This document shows positions 19,698 to 29,517 of a stretch of 64,000 bases of DNA, in pieces. The DNA lies in the NCBI GenBank assembly GCA_964606975.1, contig CAZSGY010000006.1, positions 24,814 to 88,813 of the forward strand, given 5' to 3'. The translations under genes were made by a program, and so were the position numbers. The notes under the pieces were generated by a model. That model saw only the letters and a list, made by a program, of their open reading frames with translations, ran no database searches and was not told the origin of the DNA. How positions within the stretch are numbered: position 1 is the first letter of the stretch; every line of letters starts with the position of its first letter. This DNA comes from an uncultured Gammaproteobacteria bacterium (GTDB lineage: Bacteria > Patescibacteriota > Microgenomatia > UBA8517).

Positions 19698-20978
19698 ATG
19701 TTTAATTCGATTGTTAAGTTTTTTGTAAAGGCCTTCAAAACTCCTTCCATTAGGAAAAAACTTTTAATTACGGGACTAATTTTAGTTGTTTTCAGACTTG
19801 CCGCGCATATTCCGGCAGCCGGAATAGACAGGGATACGCTTCAAGCTTTGTTTTCAGGAAGCCCGCTACTTTCTCTTTTGGATGTATTTTCCGGAGGAAC
19901 CTTGGCAAATTTTTCTATTCTGGCCTTAGGACTTAATCCTTACATCAATGCTTCGATATTTTTCCAACTTTTAGGATATGTTGTTCCTTCAATTCAGGAA
20001 CTGCAAAAAGAGGGTGAGTACGGTCAGGAAAAAATAAACCAATATACCAGACTTTTGACAGTTCCTTTGGCGGCTCTTCAGGCTTTCGGAATGTACGCTC
20101 TCCTAAAAGGACAAAATATTATTCCGGATCTCTCACCCGTTGCTCTCTTATCTCTAGTTGTAACCATGACGGCCGGTACCATTTTTGCGGTTTGGCTGGG
20201 AGAACTTATTTCCGAATACGGATTTAAAAACGGAGTTTCTTTGCTTATCTTTGTCGGAATCGTTGCCAGACTACCTATCACCTTGGGGCAATCCGTCAGT
20301 ATTTTTCAATCCCAGGATATTTTAAAGACTATTATCTTTATATTGGTCATCGTTCTAATTGTGGGATTGGTGGTTTTGTTCGGTGAAGCTACAAGACAAA
20401 TACCAATTCACTATGCCAAAAGAAGAACACAGTCAGGTTTGGTTGCCTCCTCATATTTGCCGATACGACTTAACCAGGCAGGCGTTATACCTATTATCTT
20501 TGCGGTATCCTTAGTACTTATGCCTTCGATGATCAGCCAATTTTTGGCCAGTGTCCCCAATGAAAAGATTGCAAATTTTGCTATCGGAGTAAGCGCAAAT
20601 TTTAATTCCGGAACCCTTTTGTACAATGTTGTTTATTTTCTTATGGTTTTTGGCTTTACATATTTTTACACGGCAGTTGTTTTTAATCCGGAAAAAATAT
20701 CTGAAGATTTGCAAAAAGGCGGAGGGTTTATTCCCGGTATCAGACCCGGAAAAGAAACAGAAAAATACCTATCCCACGTTCTTTCCAGAATTACGGTTGT
20801 CGGCGGTGTCTTTTTAGGACTTATTGCAGTACTTCCTTCACTTTTCCAAAAATCATTAGGTGCCAGCAATTTGGCCATCGGCGGTACAAGTATTTTAATC
20901 GTTGTTTCGGTAGTTTTAGAAATCATTCGTGAAATTGAGGGGGAGTTGGTTATGGAAAGGTATGAGGGTTTCAATTAA
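19698..20978 (+). CDS. secY: Preprotein translocase subunit SecY
   Basis: MFNSIVKFFVKAF..IRKKLLITGLILVVFRLAAHIP..G; 10 TM; start trimmed from ORF-track 19539 to ATG 19698. Confidence 0.93.
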   Translation: MFNSIVKFFVKAFKTPSIRKKLLITGLILVVFRLAAHIPAAGIDRDTLQALFSGSPLLSLLDVFSGGTLANFSILALGLNPYINASIFFQLLGYVVPSIQELQKEGEYGQEKINQYTRLLTVPLAALQAFGMYALLKGQNIIPDLSPVALLSLVVTMTAGTIFAVWLGELISEYGFKNGVSLLIFVGIVARLPITLGQSVSIFQSQDILKTIIFILVIVLIVGLVVLFGEATRQIPIHYAKRRTQSGLVASSYLPIRLNQAGVIPIIFAVSLVLMPSMISQFLASVPNEKIANFAIGVSANFNSGTLLYNVVYFLMVFGFTYFYTAVVFNPEKISEDLQKGGGFIPGIRPGKETEKYLSHVLSRITVVGGVFLGLIAVLPSLFQKSLGASNLAIGGTSILIVVSVVLEIIREIEGELVMERYEGFN

Positions 20979-20980
20979 CA

Positions 20981-21628
20981 ATGAATATTGTTTTACTCGG
21001 ATCCCCGGCATCAGGTAAAGGCACCCAGGCGGAGATTTTATGCCAAAAATTCGGCCTTTTTCATCTCTCTACAGGTGATATTGCTAGAAAGTTGGCAGCG
21101 GAAGATCCTAGAATTAAAGAAATAGTTACCTCCGGCAAACTTATTCCCCCGGAGGAAATAACTATGCATGTTTTGGATTTCTTACAAAAAAATAAGCCGG
21201 ATCTTAAAGATATTTTGTTTGAAGGTTTTCCAAGATTTGTTTCCCAATACGAAGCGCTGGATAATTTCCTTAAGACCAAGGGAGACGATATTGATATAGT
21301 CATTTCGCTGGAAGTTCCAATGGAAGTTGCAATCAAAAGAATTTCTTCAAGATGGATGTGTAGTAAATGCGGGCAAATTTATAACACCGAAAGTAATCCG
21401 CCTAAAATCTCCGGAATTTGTGATAAGTGCGGCGGGCAATTAATCCAAAGAGAAGATGATAAGCCCGAATCCGTCAAAACCAGGTTCGAATATTATATAA
21501 ATAATACTAAAGAGCTTATTGATTATCTGGACTTAAAAGGCAAGCTGACAAGGGTCAACGGAGATAGGCCGATTGAAGAAATTGCCAAAGATTTAGAGAA
21601 AATAGTTTCTGAGGCTTCGCAAAAATGA
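20981..21628 (+). CDS. adk: Adenylate kinase with zinc-lid
   Basis: LLGSPASGKGTQA P-loop; CSKCG...CDKCG lid. Confidence 0.95.
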   Translation: MNIVLLGSPASGKGTQAEILCQKFGLFHLSTGDIARKLAAEDPRIKEIVTSGKLIPPEEITMHVLDFLQKNKPDLKDILFEGFPRFVSQYEALDNFLKTKGDDIDIVISLEVPMEVAIKRISSRWMCSKCGQIYNTESNPPKISGICDKCGGQLIQREDDKPESVKTRFEYYINNTKELIDYLDLKGKLTRVNGDRPIEEIAKDLEKIVSEASQK

Positions 21629-22374
21629 TTATTCTTAAATCTCCTGACGAAATGCAATTAATGGCTGAAGGCGGCGCCAAACTGGGACGTATCAAAAAAT
21701 CTTTGGCAGATTCTGTTAAAGCCGGGGTAAGTGCACTGGATATTGAAACTTTGGCAATGAAGTTAATTAAGGATGAAGGTGGACAGCCCTCTTTCACCAA
21801 AGAGCCGGGTTACCACTGGGCGACTTGTATAAACACTAACGAAGGAATAGTTCACGGAATACCTACAGCTGACGTTGTCTTTAAGGACGGAGATCTTGTA
21901 AGCATCGATGTAGGTCTTTATTACAAGGGTTTTCATACGGACGCTTCAATTAGTGTGGCAGTTAATCCCAATCCTGAGACAAAAAGATTTCTCAATACAG
22001 GAAAAGAAGCTCTGGAGCAGGCACTAAAAGCGGCCAGAGAAGGTAATTATCTTTATGAAATTTCGCAGGCTATCGAGAAGGTTATTGAATCCCGAGGATA
22101 TAACACAATCAAAGCCTTGGTGGGACACGGTGTCGGGAAATATTTGCATGAAGACCCCCAAATCCCCTGTTTCGTGCCTGGAAGAATCGAAGATAGTCCG
22201 AAAATCGGACAGGGGATGACTTTGGCGGTTGAAGTGATGTATGCAGCCGGCAGCGACAAAGTTGAAATACTCGAGGACGGGTGGACAATTGCTATGCGGG
22301 ATGGTAAAATGTCAGGACTTTTTGAGGAAACTGTTGCTATCACTGGAGCGGGAACTAAAGTATTGACGAGATGA
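21625..22374 (+). CDS. map: Methionine aminopeptidase type I
   Basis: Pita-bread fold motifs; conserved D, H, E metal ligands. Confidence 0.93.
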   Translation: MIILKSPDEMQLMAEGGAKLGRIKKSLADSVKAGVSALDIETLAMKLIKDEGGQPSFTKEPGYHWATCINTNEGIVHGIPTADVVFKDGDLVSIDVGLYYKGFHTDASISVAVNPNPETKRFLNTGKEALEQALKAAREGNYLYEISQAIEKVIESRGYNTIKALVGHGVGKYLHEDPQIPCFVPGRIEDSPKIGQGMTLAVEVMYAAGSDKVEILEDGWTIAMRDGKMSGLFEETVAITGAGTKVLTR

Positions 22375-22586
22375 AAACCAAGGACGTAATCGAAGTAGAT
22401 GGTTCTGTGTCGGCAGCCCTTCCTAACACAATGTTCAGAGTTGATCTTGTAGACGGAAGGAGTGTTTTGGCTACTTTAACAGGGAAGATGCGCAGGAACT
22501 ATATCAGAGTTTTTCCCGGCGATAGGGTTAAGGTTGAAATGACGCCTTACGATGAAGGTAGGGGTAGGATAGTTTATAAATACTGA
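22371..22586 (+). CDS. infA: Translation initiation factor IF-1
   Basis: 71 aa S1-like; ...[39 protein letters not shown]. Confidence 0.95.
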   Translation: MKTKDVIEVDGSVSAALPNTMFRVDLVDGRSVLATLTGKMRRNYIRVFPGDRVKVEMTPYDEGRGRIVYKY

Positions 22587-22627
22587 GGGAATTTGATATA
22601 GCTAAGTAAGGAAAGGAATTATATAGT

Positions 22628-22741
22628 ATGAAAGTAATTAGTTCGATTAAAGCCAGATGTAAAGATTGCAAGATTGTTAAGCGCCGCGGCGTGTTATACA
22701 TCATTTGCATAAATCCCAGGCATAAGCAACGTCAGGGATGA
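22628..22741 (+). CDS. rpmJ: 50S ribosomal protein L36 (bL36); absent from the ORF track (37 aa)
   Basis: Manual translation [37 protein letters not shown]; AAGGAAAGG SD; between infA and rpsM. Confidence 0.9.
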   Translation: MKVISSIKARCKDCKIVKRRGVLYIICINPRHKQRQG

Positions 22742-22781
22742 CGAAAGCAGCGCCAGGGTTAATTTTTTATAAACAATAAAA

Positions 22782-23192
22782 ATGACAAGAATTGCCGGTA
22801 TTGATTTACAAGAAAATTGGAAAGTCGACTATGCATTGACCAATATTATGGGTTTGGGTTGGACTCTATCTAAGAAAGTTCTTAAAAATTGCGGCATAGA
22901 TGTTAAAAAAAGAGTCTCAGATCTTTCGAGTGACGACATTTCCAAAATCAGCACCGAACTTGAGAAATATCAAATTGAAGGAGATTTAGTAAGGGTTGTC
23001 CGCGAAAATATCCAAAGATTGCAAGTTATCGGTTCTTACCGGGGTATGAGGCACACCAAAGGGCTTCCGGTCAGAGGTCAGAGAACCAGAACCAATGCAC
23101 GTACAAAACGTGGGAAGAGAAAGACAATCGGAGCCTTTAAGAAAGAAGCTTTGAGTAAAATGACTGCGGCTAAAAACGAGAAAACGAAATAA
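22782..23192 (+). CDS. rpsM: 30S ribosomal protein S13 (uS13)
   Basis: MTRIAGIDL...GSYRGMRH..GLPVRGQRT.TNART. Confidence 0.96.
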   Translation: MTRIAGIDLQENWKVDYALTNIMGLGWTLSKKVLKNCGIDVKKRVSDLSSDDISKISTELEKYQIEGDLVRVVRENIQRLQVIGSYRGMRHTKGLPVRGQRTRTNARTKRGKRKTIGAFKKEALSKMTAAKNEKTK

Positions 23193-23198
23193 AGTTAT

Positions 23199-23579
23199 AT
23201 GACAACTAAAACCAAGAAAATAAACAGAGAAGTAGGGTTCGGGAGGGTTTATATTTCTGCCTCGTTCAACAATACGTTAGTGACCGCAACCAACATGAAA
23301 GGTGAAACTCTAGCTTGGGGTTCATCCGGGGCGGCAGGATTCAAAGGAACGAGACGTGCGACACCCTTTGCAGCTACCACCGCAGTTGAAAAAGTTATTA
23401 ACAAAGCCAAAGGTGAATTTGGTGTTAACGAAGTAGAAGTTTACGTTAAGGGTCCTGGGGCAGGACGAGATGCGGCACTTCGTGCGATTAAAGCGGCTGG
23501 GGTAAAAATTGCATTAATCGCTGATGTCACACCGGTTCCTCACAACGGACCAAGACCTAAGAAAAAGAGGAGAGTATAA
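23199..23579 (+). CDS. rpsK: 30S ribosomal protein S11 (uS11)
   Basis: ...FNNTLVTATNMKGETLAWGSSGAAGFKGTRRATPFAA... Confidence 0.96.
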   Translation: MTTKTKKINREVGFGRVYISASFNNTLVTATNMKGETLAWGSSGAAGFKGTRRATPFAATTAVEKVINKAKGEFGVNEVEVYVKGPGAGRDAALRAIKAAGVKIALIADVTPVPHNGPRPKKKRRV

Positions 23580-23591
23580 AATTATTAATAT

Positions 23592-24191
23592 ATGGCAAAA
23601 TACGTAGGACCAAAAGACAGATTATCAAGACGCGAGGCCTTTGATATTTTTAGTAGTGGGGCAAAGTTGACAAGACTTAATGTTCCGCCGGGAGTTCATG
23701 GACCGAAAGGAACAAGAGGCTCTTCTCAATATGGAAAACAGCTTAGGGAAAAACAAAAAGTCAAAAGGCTTTATGGAGTTTTGGAAAAACAGTTCAGAAG
23801 GTATATGACAGAGGCCTTTAAATCCAAAGGCAATACGGGAGAAGCGCTTTTAATTAGTCTTGAAAAACGACTTGATAATGTAATTTTCAGGTTTGGATTC
23901 GCTCCGAGCAGGCCAGCCGCCAGACAAATAGTTTCTCACAGGCACGTTTTAGTAAATGACAAAAAGGTAAACATTCCCTCTTTCAGTGTAAAAGTGGGAG
24001 ACGTTATCGCTCTTGATCCTAAAGCCACAAACATTCCCGAAATCAAAAAGGTTCTTGAACAAAAGGATTTTAAGCTTCCATCCTGGCTTGAAAGAAAGGC
24101 TTTTGTGGGTAAAATTTCAGCTCAGCCGAAACGTGAAGATATAACTGAGCCTGTCAGTGAGCAAGACATAGTTGAATTCTATTCAAGATGA
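23592..24191 (+). CDS. rpsD: 30S ribosomal protein S4 (uS4)
   Basis: MAKYVGPK.RLSRREA...; S4 domain. Confidence 0.95.
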   Translation: MAKYVGPKDRLSRREAFDIFSSGAKLTRLNVPPGVHGPKGTRGSSQYGKQLREKQKVKRLYGVLEKQFRRYMTEAFKSKGNTGEALLISLEKRLDNVIFRFGFAPSRPAARQIVSHRHVLVNDKKVNIPSFSVKVGDVIALDPKATNIPEIKKVLEQKDFKLPSWLERKAFVGKISAQPKREDITEPVSEQDIVEFYSR

Positions 24192-24220
24192 TAGTAGAAT
24201 ACCTAGTCTAAGGTAAAAAT

Positions 24221-25138
24221 ATGAACGAGCCAACATTTGAAATCAACAAAGAAAAGAAAGAAACCAATTACGGAAGGTTTGTTATTTCACCTCTTGAGCA
24301 AGGATATGGTTTAACCATCGGAAACGCCCTAAGGAGGGTGCTTTTGACATCTCTTCCGGGAGCAGCAGTCACTTCTATTAAGATTGCAGGAGTTAAGCAC
24401 CAATTTTCAACCCTTGCCGGGATGAAAGAAGATACGGTTGAATTTATTCTTAATCTCAAAAAAGTCAGGTTTTCAGGCAACACAGACAAAGCTGTTAAAG
24501 CTACTTTAGAAATCGACAAAGCCGGAGAATTCAAGGCAGGAGATATTAAGGTCAGCGGCGGTCTTTCGGTTGCAAATCCCGAGCTTGTTTTGGGAACAAT
24601 CAACAAAGGAACAAAACTATCAGCTGAGATGACAGTTGAAAGCGGTTTTGGCTTTTCTCCCGCAGAAGACAGACCCTCCGACACGATCGGTCTTATTCCG
24701 GTTGATGCCAGCTTCTCACCGGTCAAAAGAGTCAGCTACAAAATTGAAGAAACACGTGTCGGTAGACTTACCAACTATGACAAGCTTATTTTGGAAGTTT
24801 GGACAGACGGAACGATTGAAGCAGAAGATGCAATAACCCAGTCCGCAAAAGTTTTGGTTGGGTACTTTAATCAAATAGTTAATCCCAAAGTAGTTGAGAA
24901 AAAAGAGGAAGCTCCTAAAGATGAATTGGGACTCACAGGCAAGCTTTCCGTTGAAGAGATAGGGCTTCCTACCAGAGTTGCTAACGCTTTAATTAAGGCC
25001 GGTTTTGAAACAGTAGAGCAGCTTGCCCACGCTAAGAAGGAAGATTTGGTTAAAGTTAGAAACCTTGGTGAAAAGTCCCTCAAAATTGTAGCTGCTGCGC
25101 TCGGAACAAAAGGAGTCGAGTTCCTCGCCATTAAGTAA
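24221..25138 (+). CDS. rpoA: DNA-directed RNA polymerase alpha subunit
   Basis: GYGLTIGNALRRVLLTSLPGAAV; C-terminal domain with HhH. Confidence 0.95.
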   Translation: MNEPTFEINKEKKETNYGRFVISPLEQGYGLTIGNALRRVLLTSLPGAAVTSIKIAGVKHQFSTLAGMKEDTVEFILNLKKVRFSGNTDKAVKATLEIDKAGEFKAGDIKVSGGLSVANPELVLGTINKGTKLSAEMTVESGFGFSPAEDRPSDTIGLIPVDASFSPVKRVSYKIEETRVGRLTNYDKLILEVWTDGTIEAEDAITQSAKVLVGYFNQIVNPKVVEKKEEAPKDELGLTGKLSVEEIGLPTRVANALIKAGFETVEQLAHAKKEDLVKVRNLGEKSLKIVAAALGTKGVEFLAIK

Positions 25139-25142
25139 ACTT

Positions 25143-25622
25143 ATGAACAAGAAAGTGTTCGGAAGAAAACTTTCCCGTAGTCGACCCGCTAGAGAAGCTC
25201 TTTTTACATCTTTAGCAAAAGCGTTGATTATTAACGGAAAAATAGTAACCACCCGTGCAAAAGCAAAGGCGGTAACTCCCGATGTGGAGAAAATGGTCAC
25301 ATTAGCCAGAAAATCGGGAATTACCAGTAGGAGAAAGGTTATGTCTATGCTCGATAACTCCAGAGAGGAAGTTAACATACTTTTCGCTGATATTGCCAAA
25401 GCTTTTTCCGAGAGAACGTCCGGTTTTACCAGAATAATTTCACTTCCCAAAAGACGCGGTGACAATGCCCAAATGGTAAGATTGGAGTGGACGGAAAAAA
25501 TAGGGAATGCAAATCAAAAATTAGAAACTGGCAAGAAAGCAAGCAAGAAAGAAGTAAAAACGGAGAAAAAAGTGAACAAACCGGTATCTAAGAAGACTAA
25601 AAAAGCAGTGACTAATTTCTGA
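25143..25622 (+). CDS. rplQ: 50S ribosomal protein L17 (bL17) with Lys-rich tail
   Basis: GRKLSRSRPAREALFTSLAKALIINGKIVTTRAKAKAV. Confidence 0.93.
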   Translation: MNKKVFGRKLSRSRPAREALFTSLAKALIINGKIVTTRAKAKAVTPDVEKMVTLARKSGITSRRKVMSMLDNSREEVNILFADIAKAFSERTSGFTRIISLPKRRGDNAQMVRLEWTEKIGNANQKLETGKKASKKEVKTEKKVNKPVSKKTKKAVTNF

Positions 25623-25639
25623 TTATTAATTACCAATCT

Positions 25640-26056
25640 ATGAAAACATATCAGCCAAAAGAAAGTGAAATCAAAAGAAGCTGGCATTTAGTTGATGCCA
25701 AAGACGAGATTTTGGGCCGGATTTCGACCAAAATCGCAGATCTTTTGACAGGTAAAGGAAAATCGACATTCAGTAGGCATATGGATACCGGAGATTTTGT
25801 GGTTGTGATCAATGCTGAGAAAGTTGCCGTGACCGGCAGGAAAGCATCGCAGAAACTTTACCAAAGACATTCCGGCTATCCGTCTGGATTTAAGCAAAGA
25901 ACTTACGATATGGTTATGGAACAAAACCCGGAAAGAATCATTGAACATGCTGTTTCCGGCATGATTCCCGACAACCGTCTCAAAAAAGGAAGAATGTTAA
26001 GACTTAAAGTGGTGGTCGGAGATAAAAATCCCTACGAAAAAGAATTTAAGAAATAA
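25640..26056 (+). CDS. rplM: 50S ribosomal protein L13 (uL13)
   Basis: MKTYQPKESEIKRSWHLVDAKDEILGRIST.IA.LL.GK. Confidence 0.95.
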   Translation: MKTYQPKESEIKRSWHLVDAKDEILGRISTKIADLLTGKGKSTFSRHMDTGDFVVVINAEKVAVTGRKASQKLYQRHSGYPSGFKQRTYDMVMEQNPERIIEHAVSGMIPDNRLKKGRMLRLKVVVGDKNPYEKEFKK

Positions 26057-26466
26057 TGGCAAAAATAAAGAAAATAGATTACATATTTGCGGTAGGCAGA
26101 AGGAAAGAAAGCACGGCACGTGTCAGGCTTTACAGAGGCAAGGCAGAAAACACCATTAATTCTATGCCCGCAGCCAAGTATTTCCCGGGTGAGTTATCAG
26201 CAAAATTAATGGCCAAGCCGTTTGGTGCAACTGAAACATCAGAAAAATATTATTTTTCCGCCAAAGTTGCCGGGGGCGGAAAAGAGGGACAACTAAGCGC
26301 ACTTTCGTTGGGGCTTTCCAGAGCTTTGGTAAAAGTTGCACCTGATAAAAACAAACTTGTTTTGAAAAAGCTCGGTCTTTTAACCCGTGACTCCAGAATT
26401 AGGCAAAGAAGAATGGTTGGAAAAGGTGGAAAAGCAAGGCGCGCCAAACAGTCTCCAAAGCGTTAA
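26056..26466 (+). CDS. rpsI: 30S ribosomal protein S9 (uS9)
   Basis: ...GGGKEGQLSALSLGLSRAL...RDSRIRQRRMVGKGGKARRAKQSPKR. Confidence 0.95.
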   Translation: MAKIKKIDYIFAVGRRKESTARVRLYRGKAENTINSMPAAKYFPGELSAKLMAKPFGATETSEKYYFSAKVAGGGKEGQLSALSLGLSRALVKVAPDKNKLVLKKLGLLTRDSRIRQRRMVGKGGKARRAKQSPKR

Positions 26467-26493
26467 ACCTCATTTGTTATACTGTTTTAAGGA

Positions 26494-27594
26494 ATGGAAA
26501 CAGAAAATAATTCTGAAGTTGGCGAACTCTATCCAATTTCTTTGGAAGAAACGTGCGTAATTGGCAGTATTCTCTATAAGGATTATCAAACTGATGGGAC
26601 AGAAGGTAATATTAGGGGACATAGAGCAATAGATTCTCTGGTCAAAGCTGTTGATAAAGGTTGCAAAGCCTCAATTATTATTAGTCAGGAAACTGATAAA
26701 AAGTTTATCTCTGATTTAAAAGGAAAATTATCAAACCTGGGCGATAAAAGTGAAAATGTTGTTTGGCACATGCAAAGCAAAACCGGTTACAGTGAAGCTA
26801 GACGTGAGGCAATAGAGTTGGCAAAGGCGAAATATCCAGAAACACGCGCCTTTATTATGCAAGAGATAGAAAAGGATTTAACTTCAAATTACGATAGTTT
26901 TGTAAACAAGCTATCCGATAACAAGATCTTAGTAATGATGAACAGAGGGGTGAATATTCCATACAATGAAAATCCCTGGCAGGATACTAAACATTTAGGG
27001 GCAAATTTGCCCAGAGAACAATTTTGGGGAGAAAGACACCAAAATATTGAAATGGCAAACCAAGAAAGTGCTGCCGGATTAACAAAAGAACCTCATTTTT
27101 GGGACAGGTTAAATGGTACACGGATAATTAGAAACGAACGGGTTAAAATTGGAGACGTTGAAATAAATCCGACTGACTTAATGCTTCTAAAATATAAATA
27201 TTCAGATGGTTATTCGGAAGAGGATAGAAAAAATAAAATCGATACATATTCAGCCAGTGTTTATAATTTAGTCCCAATATTGGAATCCCTAGGCGGTGAG
27301 GATAAAATAGCCGAAGTTCCTGTAGAATATATTCACTCTGAAGGCCAAAGGCAATTGGAGGAGGGAAACTCGGAGTTTAAAGAAAAAAGATTGGGACATA
27401 AAGTCGATTTGCCAGCAATTAATTTTGATATTGTTGCAAATATAAAAGAATGGAAAAAAGAAGGAAGGTGGCCGCAGGTTTTATTGGATGCGCTGAAGAC
27501 TGACAAAACTTTGGAAATAAAACATTTTGATAAGAATGAATATAGTTTAACAGGAGTTAATAATCCGACTTTTGGTCGGGGTGCTGAGAATTGA
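26494..27594 (+). CDS. Hypothetical soluble protein (366 aa), no recognisable domain; low GC; 3' end overlaps antisense tRNA-Pro
   Basis: Complete ORF wedged between rpsI and tRNA-Pro; no TM/signal peptide; last 22 nt including the stop lie inside the tRNA on the opposite strand. Confidence 0.6.
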   Translation: METENNSEVGELYPISLEETCVIGSILYKDYQTDGTEGNIRGHRAIDSLVKAVDKGCKASIIISQETDKKFISDLKGKLSNLGDKSENVVWHMQSKTGYSEARREAIELAKAKYPETRAFIMQEIEKDLTSNYDSFVNKLSDNKILVMMNRGVNIPYNENPWQDTKHLGANLPREQFWGERHQNIEMANQESAAGLTKEPHFWDRLNGTRIIRNERVKIGDVEINPTDLMLLKYKYSDGYSEEDRKNKIDTYSASVYNLVPILESLGGEDKIAEVPVEYIHSEGQRQLEEGNSEFKEKRLGHKVDLPAINFDIVANIKEWKKEGRWPQVLLDALKTDKTLEIKHFDKNEYSLTGVNNPTFGRGAEN

Positions 27595-27646
27595 ACTCAG
27601 TTCAGACGCACCCCATGCGCCTATTCTACCGGTGAACTACACCCCG
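27573..27646 (-). tRNA. tRNA-Pro (anticodon GGG), 74 nt with encoded CCA
   Basis: Manual fold: acceptor CGGGGTG/CACCCCG, D-stem GTTC/GAAT, anticodon stem GGCGC/GCGTC, loop A-T-GGG-G-T (G37), T-arm CTGAG-TTCAATT-CTCAG, discriminator A, CCA. Confidence 0.85.
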
Positions 27647-27685
27647 AAATTTTCAGAGAGAGCGGTTCAGCGGCCAAGCTTCGCT

Positions 27686-27705
27686 TACCGGTGAACTACA
27701 CCCCG
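27686..27705 (-). repeat. 20-bp duplicate of the tRNA-Pro 5' end (acceptor + D-arm), a tRNA fragment rather than a gene
   Basis: taccggtgaactacaccccg at 27627-27646 repeated exactly at 27686-27705; downstream sequence does not fold as a tRNA. Confidence 0.8.
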
Positions 27706-27789
27706 TTTTTCAAACCGCCTCTATTTTACCATGCCTGCGTTAAAATTCCCCATTGAATTTATTTTTCCGGCGTTGTAAAAGATAAGGAC

Positions 27790-28875
27790 ATGCCAAAAAC
27801 AAAAAAACCCGAAATTGAGGCTCCAATTAAACAGGAGGGTGGCACTGCCAAACTTCAGGCAATAAGACTGGCAATGGACCAGATCGAAAAACAGTATGGA
27901 AAAGGCTCCATCATGAGGCTTGGTGGCGATTCTGGTGAAAAATACAAAATTGACGTTATCTCTACGGGCTCTCTGGCTGTAGATTTAGCGCTTGGCGTCG
28001 GAGGGCTACCTAGAGGCAGAATCATAGAAATCTACGGTCCTGAGGCCTCTGGTAAGACCACACTGGCCCTTTCGGTCGTTGCCGAGGCGCAGAAAGCCGG
28101 TGGGCAGTGCGCATTCGTGGATGCTGAGCATGCACTTGACCCTGTTCGTGCTGAGATCCTTGGGGTGGATCTGGATAATCTTCTCATGTCTCAACCCGAT
28201 ACAGGTGAACAAGCTTTGGAAATAACGGAAACCTTAATCCGCTCAGGTGCAATTGATGTTGTTGTGGTTGACTCGGTCGCAGCCCTTGTGCCGCGTGCGG
28301 AACTTGAGGGTGAAATGGGAGATTCGGTTATGGGAATGCAGGCAAGACTTATGAGTCAGGCACTACGTAAGCTGACGGGTGCTATAAGCAAATCAAAAAC
28401 GGTTCTGATTTTTACAAATCAGCTAAGACAAAAAATCGGAGTTATGTTTGGAAACCCGGAAACAACCCCGGGCGGGCTTGCTCTTAAATTTTATTCATCT
28501 GTCAGAATCGATCTTCGAAGAATCGAGGTTCTCAAAGACGGCGAAAAGGTAATCGGTTCGCGTCACCGTGCCCGTATTGTTAAAAACAAAGTTGCGCCTC
28601 CGCTTCGCGTTGCGGAATTCGACATAATGGAGTCTGAAGGAATAAGCCGGGCCGGTGGAATTTTGGATGTAGGACTGGAACTGGGAATTATTGGCAAAAG
28701 CGGGTCGTTCTTTAATTATGGAGATAAACCAATCGCGCAAGGTAAGGAAGCGGCAAAAATGTATTTAAGGGATAATCCGAAAGTTGCCGAAGAAATTGAT
28801 AAAAAGATACGCGGCATGGTTGCTTCGGGCCAAAAACTTCCAAAAGAAATCGGAGAAGAAGAAAAAGAGGAGTAA
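27790..28875 (+). CDS. recA: Recombinase RecA
   Basis: [12 protein letters not shown] Walker A, conserved L1/L2 loops; 361 aa; GC noticeably higher than neighbours. Confidence 0.97.
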   Translation: MPKTKKPEIEAPIKQEGGTAKLQAIRLAMDQIEKQYGKGSIMRLGGDSGEKYKIDVISTGSLAVDLALGVGGLPRGRIIEIYGPEASGKTTLALSVVAEAQKAGGQCAFVDAEHALDPVRAEILGVDLDNLLMSQPDTGEQALEITETLIRSGAIDVVVVDSVAALVPRAELEGEMGDSVMGMQARLMSQALRKLTGAISKSKTVLIFTNQLRQKIGVMFGNPETTPGGLALKFYSSVRIDLRRIEVLKDGEKVIGSRHRARIVKNKVAPPLRVAEFDIMESEGISRAGGILDVGLELGIIGKSGSFFNYGDKPIAQGKEAAKMYLRDNPKVAEEIDKKIRGMVASGQKLPKEIGEEEKEE

Positions 28876-28886
28876 ACTCCCGGCGT

Positions 28887-29510
28887 ATGCCAACTGTTAC
28901 CCTACTCAAGTCTCAAAAAAACGGTAAAAGAGTCAATGTTTATCTTGACGGGGTTTTTGGTTTCGGAATTGATCTTGATAATCTCGTTTTGTCTCACATT
29001 AAAATCGGAACTGAGCTGACGGATGAAGAAGTTCAAAAAATAGTCAGAAAGGCTGAATTCCAAAAAACTCTTGATAAATTGCTGAGATTTGCGACCATGA
29101 GGCCCCGCAGCGAAAAGGAAATTGATGAATATCTTAAGCGCAAAAAAGTTCACGAAAGCATGTGGCGGGATTTGTTTGAAAAATTAAAGCATTTTGAACT
29201 TTTGGATGATGCAAAGTTTGCCAAATGGTGGGTAGATCAGCGCCTTGCTTTCAAGAAAATATCTTCAAAAGTTCTAAAGCTGGAACTCCTCAGAAAAGGA
29301 ATTAAAAAAGAAACTATTGAGAATGTTCTTGAGGAGACGCCAATTGATGAAAAGAAGATGGCAATGGAACTGTTGCAAAAACGTGCTTACAAATGGGAAA
29401 AACTAGACCCGAAAACGGCCAGGCAGAAAAAATTTCAATACCTGGCGGGAAAAGGATTTGATTGGGAAGTAATAACGGAAATATTAAAAGCCGATACGCT
29501 TAACGATTAA
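28887..29510 (+). CDS. recX: Recombination regulator RecX
   Basis: Three-helix-repeat protein immediately downstream of recA; RecX-like repeats (..EKEI..YL..K..). Confidence 0.75.
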   Translation: MPTVTLLKSQKNGKRVNVYLDGVFGFGIDLDNLVLSHIKIGTELTDEEVQKIVRKAEFQKTLDKLLRFATMRPRSEKEIDEYLKRKKVHESMWRDLFEKLKHFELLDDAKFAKWWVDQRLAFKKISSKVLKLELLRKGIKKETIENVLEETPIDEKKMAMELLQKRAYKWEKLDPKTARQKKFQYLAGKGFDWEVITEILKADTLND

Positions 29511-29517
29511 TTTGAAC

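Noticed and set aside
27651-27706. Possible second tRNA upstream of tRNA-Pro (shares 20 nt with it)
   Set aside because: Only the 5' acceptor/D-arm is duplicated; no matching 3' acceptor strand, T-arm or CCA. Treated as a tRNA fragment/repeat.
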